Shown in pieces: positions 28,253-36,929 of a stretch of 40,632 nucleotides of DNA. Both the position numbers and the translations under genes were made by a program. This DNA comes from Rhodospirillales bacterium (lineage in GTDB: Bacteria > Pseudomonadota > Alphaproteobacteria > Rhodospirillales > 2-12-FULL-67-15), in the NCBI GenBank assembly GCA_009693905.1, contig SHWG01000003.1:1-40632 (forward strand). The letters are read 5' to 3'. The notes under the pieces are model-generated. The model did not search any database. It was not told the origin of the DNA and worked only from the letters and a program-made list of their open reading frames with translations. The stretch's first letter is position 1; each line of letters opens with the position of its first letter.

Positions 28253-28684
28253 TTAGATCGCTCCCCCCAATTCCGCCTCGAAGCCGGACAACGCCAGGAC
28301 GACGTGGCGCGGGACTGGCTTGGCGCCAGCCGAATAATAGGCGATCTGGCGGCGGCTGATGGCGAAGGTCGCCGCCGCCGCGTCGAAACTCAGTCCCAAT
28401 CGCTTGAGGCGCGCGCGGAATTCCTCGGGCGTCATGGTTTGCGACCGCCCGAGCGCCGCGATCGCGTCCGCCGAAATGTCGACGCCCGCGCCGGGCCAGG
28501 CGACGGCGACGCCGCCCGCGACGATTTTCGCTCGCGCGAAGGCGTCCGGATTCTCGCGCAGCGGCCGATAGACAGCATAGCGCAGAATCTGCGGCGCGAG
28601 ATCGACCTCGCTTTTGCGCCCGTCCTTCCACACGACCGCGACCCGATAGAGGCCGAGCGCCCGGATCGAGCGCAACAGGGGCAA
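28253..28684 (-). CDS. DUF2442 + C-terminal HTH protein (NE0471-like), putative antitoxin; start uncertain
   Basis: VVWKDG...VDL...PLRENPDAF...VAWP...DISADAI, followed by MTPEEFRARLKRLGLSFDAAAATFAISRRQIAYY (XRE-like HTH). Nearest in-frame start is TTG 28684. Confidence 0.8.
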   Translation of the reverse strand: MPLLRSIRALGLYRVAVVWKDGRKSEVDLAPQILRYAVYRPLRENPDAFARAKIVAGGVAVAWPGAGVDISADAIAALGRSQTMTPEEFRARLKRLGLSFDAAAATFAISRRQIAYYSAGAKPVPRHVVLALSGFEAELGGAI

Positions 28685-28694
28685 CGCGCCGCGG

Positions 28695-28901
28695 TCAACC
28701 GCGCGCGTTGAGCCTGTTCCAGGCCGCGCGGAGGAGCGCCTCGCGGAGGGCTTTGCGCTCGGCCTTGCCGGCGATGATTTCGAGCGTTTCGATAGCGACA
28801 TTCGCGTTCGTTCCCGGTCTATAAATCTTGAAGTGGGGCGGCGCGTGGTCGCCCGCGTAGATTTGAATCTTGCATTTCGCGAGTTCGACCAGCGTCGGCA
28901 T
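28695..28901 (-). CDS. DUF4160 family protein (HicA-like putative toxin), possibly internally deleted
   Basis: MPTL...KIQIYAGDHAPPHF...WNRLN signature; upstream of DUF2442; only 68 aa. Confidence 0.8.
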   Translation of the reverse strand: MPTLVELAKCKIQIYAGDHAPPHFKIYRPGTNANVAIETLEIIAGKAERKALREALLRAAWNRLNARG

Positions 28902-28909
28902 TATCGGGC

Positions 28910-28951
28910 AGGATAGTGCACTTAGTGCACTATATCAATGCATGACATGCA
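28910..28951 (-). promoter_or_regulatory. Promoter and operators of the DUF4160/DUF2442 pair
   Basis: Minus strand TTGATA (28938-33), 17 nt, TATCCT (28915-10). Dyad ATAGTGCAC-TTA-GTGCACTAT (28913-33) covers the spacer; a second dyad TGCATG-A-CATGCA lies at 28939-51. Confidence 0.7.
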
Positions 28952-29027
28952 CCGTTCGCCGCCGTGCGGGGCGGCGATGGAACAAGGTGGGCGCGCGCGA
29001 AATAAACGCCGGACAATGGCCGACTGA

Positions 29028-29078
29028 CCCCTCACCCGGCTCGCTTCGCTCGCCACCCTCTCCCGCAAGGGGAGAGGG
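29028..29078. repeat. REP-like element (CCCCTCACCC...CCCTCTCCC-loop-GGGAGAGGG type)
   Basis: 9-bp stem CCCTCTCCC/GGGAGAGGG preceded by CCCCTCACCCGGCTCGCTTCGCTCGCC. Confidence 0.8.
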
Positions 29079-29285
29079 AACTTTGCCCCGCCGCGACGAT
29101 CTTATAGGCGGTGGTCTTGAGCGCGCGCGAGCGCTCTGGCCGTCTTGAAGACCGGCGGTTTGGCCTTGCCCTTGCGGGCTTCGGCCTGGGATACAATTTC
29201 AATGGACCCTTGGGGCGGCGCGAGGGGCGCTATACTGTCGGTCGCGGGGCTTCGGGATACGAAGGCGGAGCGCAGGGAGGCCATA

Positions 29286-29765
29286 ATGAAGAAGCACGCG
29301 ATGGCCGCGGCGGCGGCGATGGCGCTGCTGATGGGCTCGGCCGGACAGGCCCAGGATCAGGACGGGGCGATCTTCGGCATCCTCACCTGCCACAAGACTC
29401 CCAACACCACCGGCATAACCTTCATTTTCCACTCGCGCCACCCGGTGACGTGCACCTACGAGGGGGTCGGCAAATCCCGGACATACGAAGGGACGTCCGG
29501 AATTTCGCTCGGCATCGATCTCGATTACCAGATGCAGGACGGCATGGCGTATATCGTGATCGGCGGCGGCTCGCCCTCCGATACCCTGGCCGGCTCCTAT
29601 ATCGGGGCGAAAGCGACGGCGCGACTCGGCCTCGGCGCGAGCGCGCAGGTCGGTCTCGGCGGCACCGGCAACGGCATTTTTCTCATCCCGGTCGGCATCG
29701 GCGGCGGGCTCGGCCTGGGGGCTTCGGCCGGCTTCGCCTATCTCAATCTGACCCGGTCGAAGTAA
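29286..29765 (+). CDS. DUF992 family exported glycine-rich protein
   Basis: GGGAGG RBS, signal peptide, GILTC...C pair, LAGSYIG.A.A..GLG, Gly-rich C-terminus. Confidence 0.8.
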   Translation: MKKHAMAAAAAMALLMGSAGQAQDQDGAIFGILTCHKTPNTTGITFIFHSRHPVTCTYEGVGKSRTYEGTSGISLGIDLDYQMQDGMAYIVIGGGSPSDTLAGSYIGAKATARLGLGASAQVGLGGTGNGIFLIPVGIGGGLGLGASAGFAYLNLTRSK

Positions 29766-29800
29766 CGCTGGGCGCGGCGGAAGCCTTTCACGCCGCCCCC

Positions 29801-30559
29801 CTACCTCGCGACGATTATTTTATCGGCGATGGTCTTGAGCGCGCGGAGCCGAGGCGCCGAGAGAGCCGCGTCGGTGATGAGCGTCCGCGCGCGCTCGAAG
29901 TTGGCGACGCGGACGGGCGCGGTGCGGCCGAACTTGGTCCGGTCCACGAGCAAAACCACGGCGTGCGCATTCGCGATCATGGTTTCGTGCAGCGCCGCCG
30001 CCTCGCGGGTGTAATCCATCAGCCAGGGATGCGCGGAGACCACCGCCGGACTGACGAACGCGAGATCGGCGAAGTAACCCGCGAGCATGGCGGTGGCGTC
30101 GCGGCCGAACGCGGCGCCCTGGTTGCCCGCGACCTCGCCGCCCAAGAGGAAAACCCGGTTGTCGTTCCGCCCGGCGAGGCGTTCCGCCACCTGGAAATCG
30201 TTGGTGTAGACGACGAGGCGGCGGCGCGCGACCAGAATCTCGGCGAGGCAAAGCGCGGTGGTGCCGCAATCGAGAATCACGCTCGCCCCGTCGGACACCA
30301 TCGCGGCGGCGCGCCTGGCGATCGCGCGCTTGCCCGCGATGTTGATCTCCATCCGCTCGGCGACCGCCGGCTCGGCCGAATCCAGCGCGAGCGCCCCGCC
30401 GTGGGTTTTGCAAAGCTTGTTCGCGCCATCGAGCTTGTGGATGTCGCGGCGGATGGTCTCGCGCGAGACTTTGAGTCGACGATAGAGTCCGGTCACGCTG
30501 ACCGAGCCTGCCCGGGCGAGAGCATCGAGGATCAGGGCGCGGCGCCGTTCCGCGAGCAT
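29801..30559 (-). CDS. DeoR/GlpR family transcriptional regulator
   Basis: MLAERRRALIL...VSRETIRRDI...HGGA, LDCGTT, YTND, LLGG, DRTKFG, LITD; GGAGG RBS favours ATG 30559. Confidence 0.95.
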   Translation of the reverse strand: MLAERRRALILDALARAGSVSVTGLYRRLKVSRETIRRDIHKLDGANKLCKTHGGALALDSAEPAVAERMEINIAGKRAIARRAAAMVSDGASVILDCGTTALCLAEILVARRRLVVYTNDFQVAERLAGRNDNRVFLLGGEVAGNQGAAFGRDATAMLAGYFADLAFVSPAVVSAHPWLMDYTREAAALHETMIANAHAVVLLVDRTKFGRTAPVRVANFERARTLITDAALSAPRLRALKTIADKIIVAR

Positions 30560-30762
30560 CGGTGCGTTTCCTCCCGGTCTTGGAAATATCATTTTCCCGG
30601 CGCCGGCGCATCACAATAGGGGGTAAAAAAGCCTAGAGCCCCGACTTTCCTTGATGGTAGCGCCCTGAGGGATAGTGTGGAAGAATGTTGTTTCCGGCCG
30701 TCCCCGAACGAGACGATCCGGGCCAGGGACCATCAAAATCGAGCGAAAGGGAGAATTGATCC

Positions 30763-31806
30763 ATGACATTCCAAAGCGTGTCGAAAATCGCCTTAGGCGT
30801 GGCCGCCGGGGTTGCGTTGAGCGCGTTCGCGCTCGCGCCCGCGTTCGCCAAGACCGACTTGCTCGTCTACACCGCGATCGAGGCCGACGAGCTCACCAAG
30901 TTCAAGAAGGCGATCGAGGATGCGGTGCCCGACGTGGACATCAAGTGGGTCCGCGATTCGACCGGCATCGTCACCTCCAAGCTGCTCGCGGAAAAGGACA
31001 ACCCCAGGGCCGACCTGGTCTATGGCCTCGCCGCCACCAGCCTGGTGATGCTCGCCAACCAGGGTTACTTCGAAGGTTACGCGCCGAAGGGGCTCGATAA
31101 GCTCGACAAGCGCTATTACGACGCCAAGAACAACCCGCCGCTATGGGTCGGCCAGCGCGTGTACGCCGCCGCCATCTGCGTCAACACCGTCGAAGCGAAA
31201 AAGAAGAACCTGCCGATCCCCGCCTCCTGGGCCGACCTGACCAAGCCGATCTACAAGGACCAGGTCATCATGCCCAACCCGAATTCCTCGGGCACAGGCT
31301 TCCTCGACGTTTCGAGCTGGCTGCAGATGTGGGGCGAAAACGACGGCTGGGCCTACATGGACAAGCTGCACCTGAACATCGCCCGCTACACCCATTCGGG
31401 CTCGGCGCCGTGCCGGACCGCGGCCGCGGGCGAGGTTCCGCTCGGGGTTTCGTTCGCCTACCGCGGCGTCAAATCGAAACAGGAAGGCGCGCCGCTCGAG
31501 GTCGTGTTCCCGTCCGAAGGCCTCGGCTGGGAGCTCGAATCCTTCGCCATCGTCAAGAACACCAAGAAGCGCGATCTCGCGCGCAAAGTCGCCGACTGGT
31601 CGGTCAGCCGCCAGGCCATGGACCTCTACGCACCCGGCTACGAGGCGGTCGCCATGCCCGGCGTCCCCAACCCGACCAAGGAGCTCCAGGACATCCCGGC
31701 GAAGTTCGCCAAGAACGACTTCGCCTGGGCGGCGGACAACCGCATCCGCATCTTGAACGAGTGGCAGAAGCGCTACGACGCCAAGTCCGAACCGAAGAAG
31801 CCGTGA
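30763..31806 (+). CDS. phnS2: 2-aminoethylphosphonate ABC transporter substrate-binding protein (AepX/PhnS2 type)
   Basis: Signal peptide; VYTAIEAD, WVRDSTGIVTSKLLAEKDNP, MPNPNSSGTG, YTHSGSAPC, EWQKRYDAKSEPK; phnW nearby. Confidence 0.9.
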   Translation: MTFQSVSKIALGVAAGVALSAFALAPAFAKTDLLVYTAIEADELTKFKKAIEDAVPDVDIKWVRDSTGIVTSKLLAEKDNPRADLVYGLAATSLVMLANQGYFEGYAPKGLDKLDKRYYDAKNNPPLWVGQRVYAAAICVNTVEAKKKNLPIPASWADLTKPIYKDQVIMPNPNSSGTGFLDVSSWLQMWGENDGWAYMDKLHLNIARYTHSGSAPCRTAAAGEVPLGVSFAYRGVKSKQEGAPLEVVFPSEGLGWELESFAIVKNTKKRDLARKVADWSVSRQAMDLYAPGYEAVAMPGVPNPTKELQDIPAKFAKNDFAWAADNRIRILNEWQKRYDAKSEPKKP

Positions 31807-31838
31807 CGTAACCGTTGCGGGCGGCTTTTGCTCATCCC

Positions 31839-31935
31839 GCCACCCCGGCCGACTCCCGCGAAAGCGGGAGGAGAGCCGGGGTCCAGTTCGATTGGATCGA
31901 TCGGTAAGCTGGACCTCCGCTTGCGCGGGGGTGAC
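31839..31935. repeat. Composite REP-like palindrome between the SBP and ATPase genes
   Basis: GCCACCCCGGC...GCCGGGGTCCAG...CTGGACCTCCGCTTGCGCGGGGGTGAC, with an inner hairpin CTCCCGC-GAAA-GCGGGAG (31853-70). Confidence 0.75.
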
Positions 31936-31960
31936 ATGCAATAGAGCCTGGGACAATCCG

Positions 31961-33070
31961 ATGACGGCGGCCGAAGGACAAAAAGGGGCGACGCGCGCGC
32001 CCTATCTTTCGATCCGCGGCTTGACCAAGCTGTTCGGCAAATTCACCGCGCTCCGCGACCTTTCGCTCGACGTTCACGAGGGCGATTTCGTCTGCTTCCT
32101 CGGCCCTTCGGGCTGCGGCAAGACCACGCTCTTGCGCGCCATCGCCGGCCTCGACATCCAGACCGCCGGCACCGTCGTCCAGGCCGGCCGGGACATCTCG
32201 GCACTGCCGCCGGCGGAGCGCGATTTCGGCATCGTCTTTCAGTCCTACGCGCTTTTTCCCAACCTGACGGTCAGAAAGAACGTCGCCTACGGCCTCGACA
32301 GCCGGCGGGGGAACCGGGCCGAAACCGCGCGCCGGGTGAACGAGCTGTTGAACTTGGTCGGGTTGACCGACCACGACAATAAATATCCGGCGCAGCTTTC
32401 CGGCGGCCAGCAGCAACGGGTCGCGCTGGCCCGCGCGCTCGCCACCTCGCCCGGCATGCTGCTGCTCGACGAACCCTTGAGCGCGCTCGACGCCAAGGTC
32501 CGCGTTCATCTGCGGCGCGAGATCAAGGCGCTCCAGGAAAAACTCGGCGTCACCACCATCATGGTCACCCACGACCAGGAAGAGGCTCTGACCATGGCCG
32601 ACCAGATCGTGGTCATGAACCAGGGCGTGATCGAGCAGGTCGGCACACCCGAGGACATCTACGGCCATCCCGCCACCCCGTTCATCGCCGACTTCGTCGG
32701 CTCCATGAACTTTCTCGAAGGCGTCTCGGCCGAAGACGGGTCGGTGCGCGTCGGCCCGGTCGCATTCGCCGCCGGCGGCATGCTGCCGCCGGGCGCGGCG
32801 GTGCGCGTGTGCATCCGCCCCGAGGACGTGACCGTGCGCGGGGTTTCGGCCGGAGAAACCAACGCATTCGCCGTCCGGGTCGGCGCGATCGAGTTCCTCG
32901 GCTCGTTCTGGCGGGTGACGCTGAAAAGCGAAGGCGACAGCTTCGAGCTCAAGGCCGATTTTTCGACCAACCTGGTCCGCGATCTCGACTTGCGCGTGGG
33001 CGCGCGCATCGTCGTCGCCGTCCCGCCCGAACGTATCCTGGTCTTTGCCGGCGATAGGACCAAGCCGTGA
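31961..33070 (+). CDS. phnT2: 2-AEP ABC transporter ATP-binding protein
   Basis: GPSGCGKTT, FQSYALFPNL, LSGGQQQRVALARALA, C-terminal TOBE-like domain; ATG 31961. Confidence 0.9.
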   Translation: MTAAEGQKGATRAPYLSIRGLTKLFGKFTALRDLSLDVHEGDFVCFLGPSGCGKTTLLRAIAGLDIQTAGTVVQAGRDISALPPAERDFGIVFQSYALFPNLTVRKNVAYGLDSRRGNRAETARRVNELLNLVGLTDHDNKYPAQLSGGQQQRVALARALATSPGMLLLDEPLSALDAKVRVHLRREIKALQEKLGVTTIMVTHDQEEALTMADQIVVMNQGVIEQVGTPEDIYGHPATPFIADFVGSMNFLEGVSAEDGSVRVGPVAFAAGGMLPPGAAVRVCIRPEDVTVRGVSAGETNAFAVRVGAIEFLGSFWRVTLKSEGDSFELKADFSTNLVRDLDLRVGARIVVAVPPERILVFAGDRTKP

Positions 33071-34791
33071 CCGCGCCCGTCACGCCCCTGTCTCCCGCCG
33101 GACTCGCCTACGTCTCCGCCCCGATCCGGGCAAAGGTCTCAAGCGACGACCGGATTCTCGCGATCACGACCATCATCATCGTCGGCGCGCTCGTCCTCGG
33201 CGTCGCCCTGCCGCTCTACGCCCTGCTCGCCAAGGGATTCCAATCCGCCGACGGCCAGTTCATCGGCCTCGCCAACTACCGAACCTACTTCTCGACCCCG
33301 GCGCTGTTCGATTCGATCGGCAACAGCGTCGTCGTGACCCTGATCACCACCCTGATCGCGGTGCCGCTCGCGTTCCTGTTCGCCTACGGCCTGACCCGGA
33401 CCTGCATCCCGGGCAAGAGCCTGTTCAAGGGCATCGCCTTGATCCCGATCCTGATGCCGTCGCTGTTGCCCGCGATCTCGCTCGTCTATCTGTTCGGCAC
33501 CCAGGGGCTCGCCAAGGGCCTGCTCATAGGCGAGAGCATCTACGGCCCGGTCGGCATCGTGCTCGGCGAGTTGTTCTACGTATTCCCCCACGCGCTGACG
33601 ATTCTTTTGATCGCGCTTTCGACCAGCGATGCCAGGCTCTACGAGGCGGCCGAGTCGCTGGGCGCGAGCAAGACCCGCATTTTCTTTACCGTCACCCTCC
33701 CGGCCGCGCGCTACGGGCTGATCAGCGCGTTCTTCATTGTCTTTACTTTGGTCATCACCGACTTCGGGGTGCCCAAGGTCATCGGCGGCAAATACAACGT
33801 GTTGGCGACCGACGTTTACAAGCAGGTGATCGGCCGGCACGACTTCGAGATGGGCGCGGTGGTGAGCATGATCCTGCTCGCGCCGGCGGTGCTCGCGTTC
33901 TTCGCCGACCGGATCGCCGAGCGGCGCCAGTCGGCGGCGTTGAGCGCGCGCGCGGTGCCCTACGAGCCGAGGCCCAAGCGCGGCCGGGACGCGTTTTTCC
34001 TCGTTTTCTGCGGGTTGATCGGGTTGGCGATTTTGAGCGTGCTCGCGGTCGCGGCCTACGCCTCGTGGATCAAGCTCTGGCCCTATAATCTGACGTTCAC
34101 CAACTATCACTACCAGTTCGACCTGCGCGACGGCGGCGGCTGGGCCTCGTATCGCAACTCGCTGGTCATGTCGGCGTGGACCGCCGTGATCGGCACCGCG
34201 ATCGTGTTCGTCGGCGCCTATCTGGTCGAGAAGAGCCGCGCCTTTCGCACCGGGCGGGCTCTGCTCCAATTCCTCGCCATGATGCCGATGGCGGTGCCGG
34301 GGCTGGTGCTCGGCCTCGCCTTCGTTTTCTTCTTCAACGCCCCCAACAATCCGCTGAACGGCCTTTATCACACCATGGCGATCCTGGTGATCAACACCAT
34401 CGTCCATTTCTACACCGTCGCGCACCTCACCGCGGTCACCGCCTTAAAGCAACTCGACGCCGAGTTCGAGTCGGTCTCGGCCTCGCTCAAAGTTCCGGTC
34501 TACAAGACATTTTGGCGCGTCAGCGTGCCGGTGTGCATGCCCGCGGCGCTGGATATCAGCATGTATCTGTTCGTCAACGCCATGACCACGGTTTCGGCGG
34601 TGGTGTTCCTCTACGCCCCGCACACGGCGCTGGCGAGCGTCGCGGTCCTCAACATGGACGATTCCGGCGAGCTCGCCTCGGCCGCGGCCATGGGCATGAT
34701 GATCGTCTATACCTCGGCCGCGGTGCGGGTGCTGCACATGCTGCTCACCCGCGGCGTGCTCGCCCGCGCGAGCGCGTGGCGGAAGAGATAG
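33067..34791 (+). CDS. phnU2: 2-AEP ABC transporter fused double permease
   Basis: Two permease halves (LYEAAESLGAS, EFESVSASLKVP), TDFGVPKVIGG, FVNAMTTVSAV. Confidence 0.9.
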   Translation: MTAPVTPLSPAGLAYVSAPIRAKVSSDDRILAITTIIIVGALVLGVALPLYALLAKGFQSADGQFIGLANYRTYFSTPALFDSIGNSVVVTLITTLIAVPLAFLFAYGLTRTCIPGKSLFKGIALIPILMPSLLPAISLVYLFGTQGLAKGLLIGESIYGPVGIVLGELFYVFPHALTILLIALSTSDARLYEAAESLGASKTRIFFTVTLPAARYGLISAFFIVFTLVITDFGVPKVIGGKYNVLATDVYKQVIGRHDFEMGAVVSMILLAPAVLAFFADRIAERRQSAALSARAVPYEPRPKRGRDAFFLVFCGLIGLAILSVLAVAAYASWIKLWPYNLTFTNYHYQFDLRDGGGWASYRNSLVMSAWTAVIGTAIVFVGAYLVEKSRAFRTGRALLQFLAMMPMAVPGLVLGLAFVFFFNAPNNPLNGLYHTMAILVINTIVHFYTVAHLTAVTALKQLDAEFESVSASLKVPVYKTFWRVSVPVCMPAALDISMYLFVNAMTTVSAVVFLYAPHTALASVAVLNMDDSGELASAAAMGMMIVYTSAAVRVLHMLLTRGVLARASAWRKR

Positions 34792-34797
34792 CCGGCG

Positions 34798-35180
34798 TCA
34801 ACGTCGCAGCCTGAGCGATTCCTCCGCCGCCTCGGCCAGCAGCCAATCGCGAAACGCGCAAATCTTCGGCGGGCCTGAGGTCGTTTTCGGGCACACGATC
34901 CAGTACGCGTAGGGAACCTTGAGGGCGAGCGCGAACGGCCGCACAAGCCGCCCAGCGAGCAAGTCCCAAGTCGCGAGCGCGGTGCGCGCCAAGGCGACCC
35001 CTTGCCCTCCGACGGCAGCGTCGATCGCCAAGTGCGCCTGATTGAACACGAGGCCGCGCGCCGGGTCCACGTCCGCGATGCCCGCTTCCGCCAGCCATTT
35101 GCCCCAGTCGCGCCGGTCGTCGACGCGCAGAAGGGCGTGGTGCTTGAGATCGGCGGGCGCGCGCAGCGCGTGGCGGCCGC
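34798..35180 (-). pseudogene. C-terminal remnant of a GcvA-like LysR regulator
   Basis: PADLKHHALL...W..WL..AG...AIDAAVGGQGVALAR...GRLVRPF...FRDWLLAEA; no HTH or N-terminal half upstream. Confidence 0.85.
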
Positions 35181-35345
35181 GCGCGAGATCGGCGAACTCG
35201 GCCGGCGGGTGCGCGCCGAAACGCTCCGGGATCTGCAAGACAGGCTGCGGGACCCGGGCTTGAGGGACCTCGACCCGCGACCGCGCGGCGCCGAGCGCCG
35301 CGCACATCGTATTCGAGCAAGCCCTTAGACGGCGGAGAAATAGAT

Positions 35346-36077
35346 ATGTTCGCCGCCCTCGATCCTTTTGCACTCGCTTTGTTCGTGACCGCGACCTTTG
35401 CCGCCTCCCTGGTCGCGGGCCTCGCCGGCTTCGCCTTCGGCGTCGCCGCCGCCATCTGGCTCCACGTACTCACGCCCGCCCGGACCACGATCCTAATCGC
35501 GGCCTACGCGATTTTGATCCGGAGCTATTCCACCTGGAAGCTGCGTCACGCCGTGAAGATCGAGCGCCTGTGGCCTTTCCTCGTCGGCGGCGCGCTGGGC
35601 ATTCCGCTCGGAGCCGAGCTCTTGCTCTGGGTTCCGGCCGATCCGTTCCGCGCCGGGGTCGGAATTTTCATTGTTCTCTTTTGCGTCCACGGCCTGGCCA
35701 AGCCGAACTGGACCGTCGGTGCCTGGGGCGGGCGCGCCGCTGACGGCGGCACCGGGTTTCTCGGCGGCGTCCTCGGCGCCGCCACCGGCTTCGGCACGAT
35801 CCCACCAGCGCTTTGGAGCTCCGCGCGCGGTTGGCCCAAGGACGAACGGCGCGCCGTGTTTCAACCGGTCGCGGTCTGCGTGTTTCTCATGGTGCTACTC
35901 TGGTTCGGCGGCATCGGCGGCATCGACGACGCGACGATCCTCTTGTTCCCGATTGGAATTCCGGCCGTGATGGCGGGAAACTGGCTCGGCCTGAAATGGT
36001 ACTCCCGCTTGAGCGAAAGCGCCTTTCGCCGAGTCGGCCTTGTCCTCGTCGCCCTTTCAGGGCTGGCGTTGCACTAG
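35346..36077 (+). CDS. Sulfite exporter TauE/SafE family membrane protein
   Basis: AGLAGFAFG, GGALGIPLG, GFLGGVLGAATG, RAVFQP; about 8 TM segments; GGAG RBS. Confidence 0.85.
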   Translation: MFAALDPFALALFVTATFAASLVAGLAGFAFGVAAAIWLHVLTPARTTILIAAYAILIRSYSTWKLRHAVKIERLWPFLVGGALGIPLGAELLLWVPADPFRAGVGIFIVLFCVHGLAKPNWTVGAWGGRAADGGTGFLGGVLGAATGFGTIPPALWSSARGWPKDERRAVFQPVAVCVFLMVLLWFGGIGGIDDATILLFPIGIPAVMAGNWLGLKWYSRLSESAFRRVGLVLVALSGLALH

Positions 36078-36225
36078 AGCGCGGACGACCGCTACGGCGC
36101 CGGGGGCAGGGCCGCGTAAGTGCAATCGTGCGGGACCGGAACCCTAATGGCTTCCATCATGCTGGACATTTCGTGCCAATAGATCAGGATCAAACGCCCC
36201 AACCCACGCGCCATCCGAGGTCCAA

Positions 36226-36744
36226 ATGATTTATGAATTAATTGTTCCCCAGTTCACCAAGATGCTGGGGAATCTTCTGGCCATCCTGGATGAGGCCGAA
36301 AAGTACGCGGGCGAGAAGAAATTCGATGTCGGCGTTCTGTTGCAGTCGCGGCTGGCACCCGACCAATTCGGCTTGATGCGTCAACTGCAAACCGCCTGCG
36401 ACACGGCAAAGCTCGGCGCCGCCCGGCTGGCCAATGCCGAAAAGAACGCCCCGGCGCATGACGATACCGAGCAAACCTTGCCCGAGATTAAGGCCCGCAT
36501 CGAAAGCGTGATCTCGTATCTGCGCGGCTTCTCGCCCGAGAGCTTTGCCGGCGCGGCGCAACTGCGGATATCCCAGCCCCGCTGGAAGGGAAAGACTCTC
36601 GCGGGTCAGGAATTCCTGATCCAGCACGTCATTCCAAACTTCTATTTCCATGTAACCATGTCATACGCGATCCTGCGTCATAACGGCCTGGGGATCGGCA
36701 AGAAGAGTTACCTGGGGGAGATGCCCTATCGCGAACCGGCGTGA
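36226..36744 (+). CDS. DUF1993 family protein (DinB-like)
   Basis: RLAPDQF, ACDTAK, PNFYFHVTMSYAILRHNG..IGKKSYLG. Confidence 0.9.
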   Translation: MIYELIVPQFTKMLGNLLAILDEAEKYAGEKKFDVGVLLQSRLAPDQFGLMRQLQTACDTAKLGAARLANAEKNAPAHDDTEQTLPEIKARIESVISYLRGFSPESFAGAAQLRISQPRWKGKTLAGQEFLIQHVIPNFYFHVTMSYAILRHNGLGIGKKSYLGEMPYREPA

Positions 36745-36858
36745 AGGGGGCTCGCCCTCCCGTGCCTGACAATTCCGCCATCCAAGCGCCGCGCGAGCGC
36801 GACCAGCTTGCGGCAACGCCGACCGACTTCACCGTTGCGTGAGCCCGCGCGCCGCCTC

Positions 36859-36887
36859 TTGCCGCGCCCCGGGCGGGCCGCCATAAT
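36859..36887 (+). promoter_or_regulatory. Sigma70-type promoter of the cytochrome gene
   Basis: TTGCCG (36859-64), 17 nt, CATAAT (36882-87); GGGAGG RBS at 36919-24. Confidence 0.55.
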
Positions 36888-36929
36888 CGCGCCAAGAATA
36901 GATAAAATCGTCACCCACGGGAGGCTTTC

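Noticed and set aside
29128-29205. Minus-strand fragment IEIVSQAEARKGKAKPPVFK as a gene remnant
   Set aside because: Looks coding-like, but I cannot assign it to any family and it has no start or RBS.
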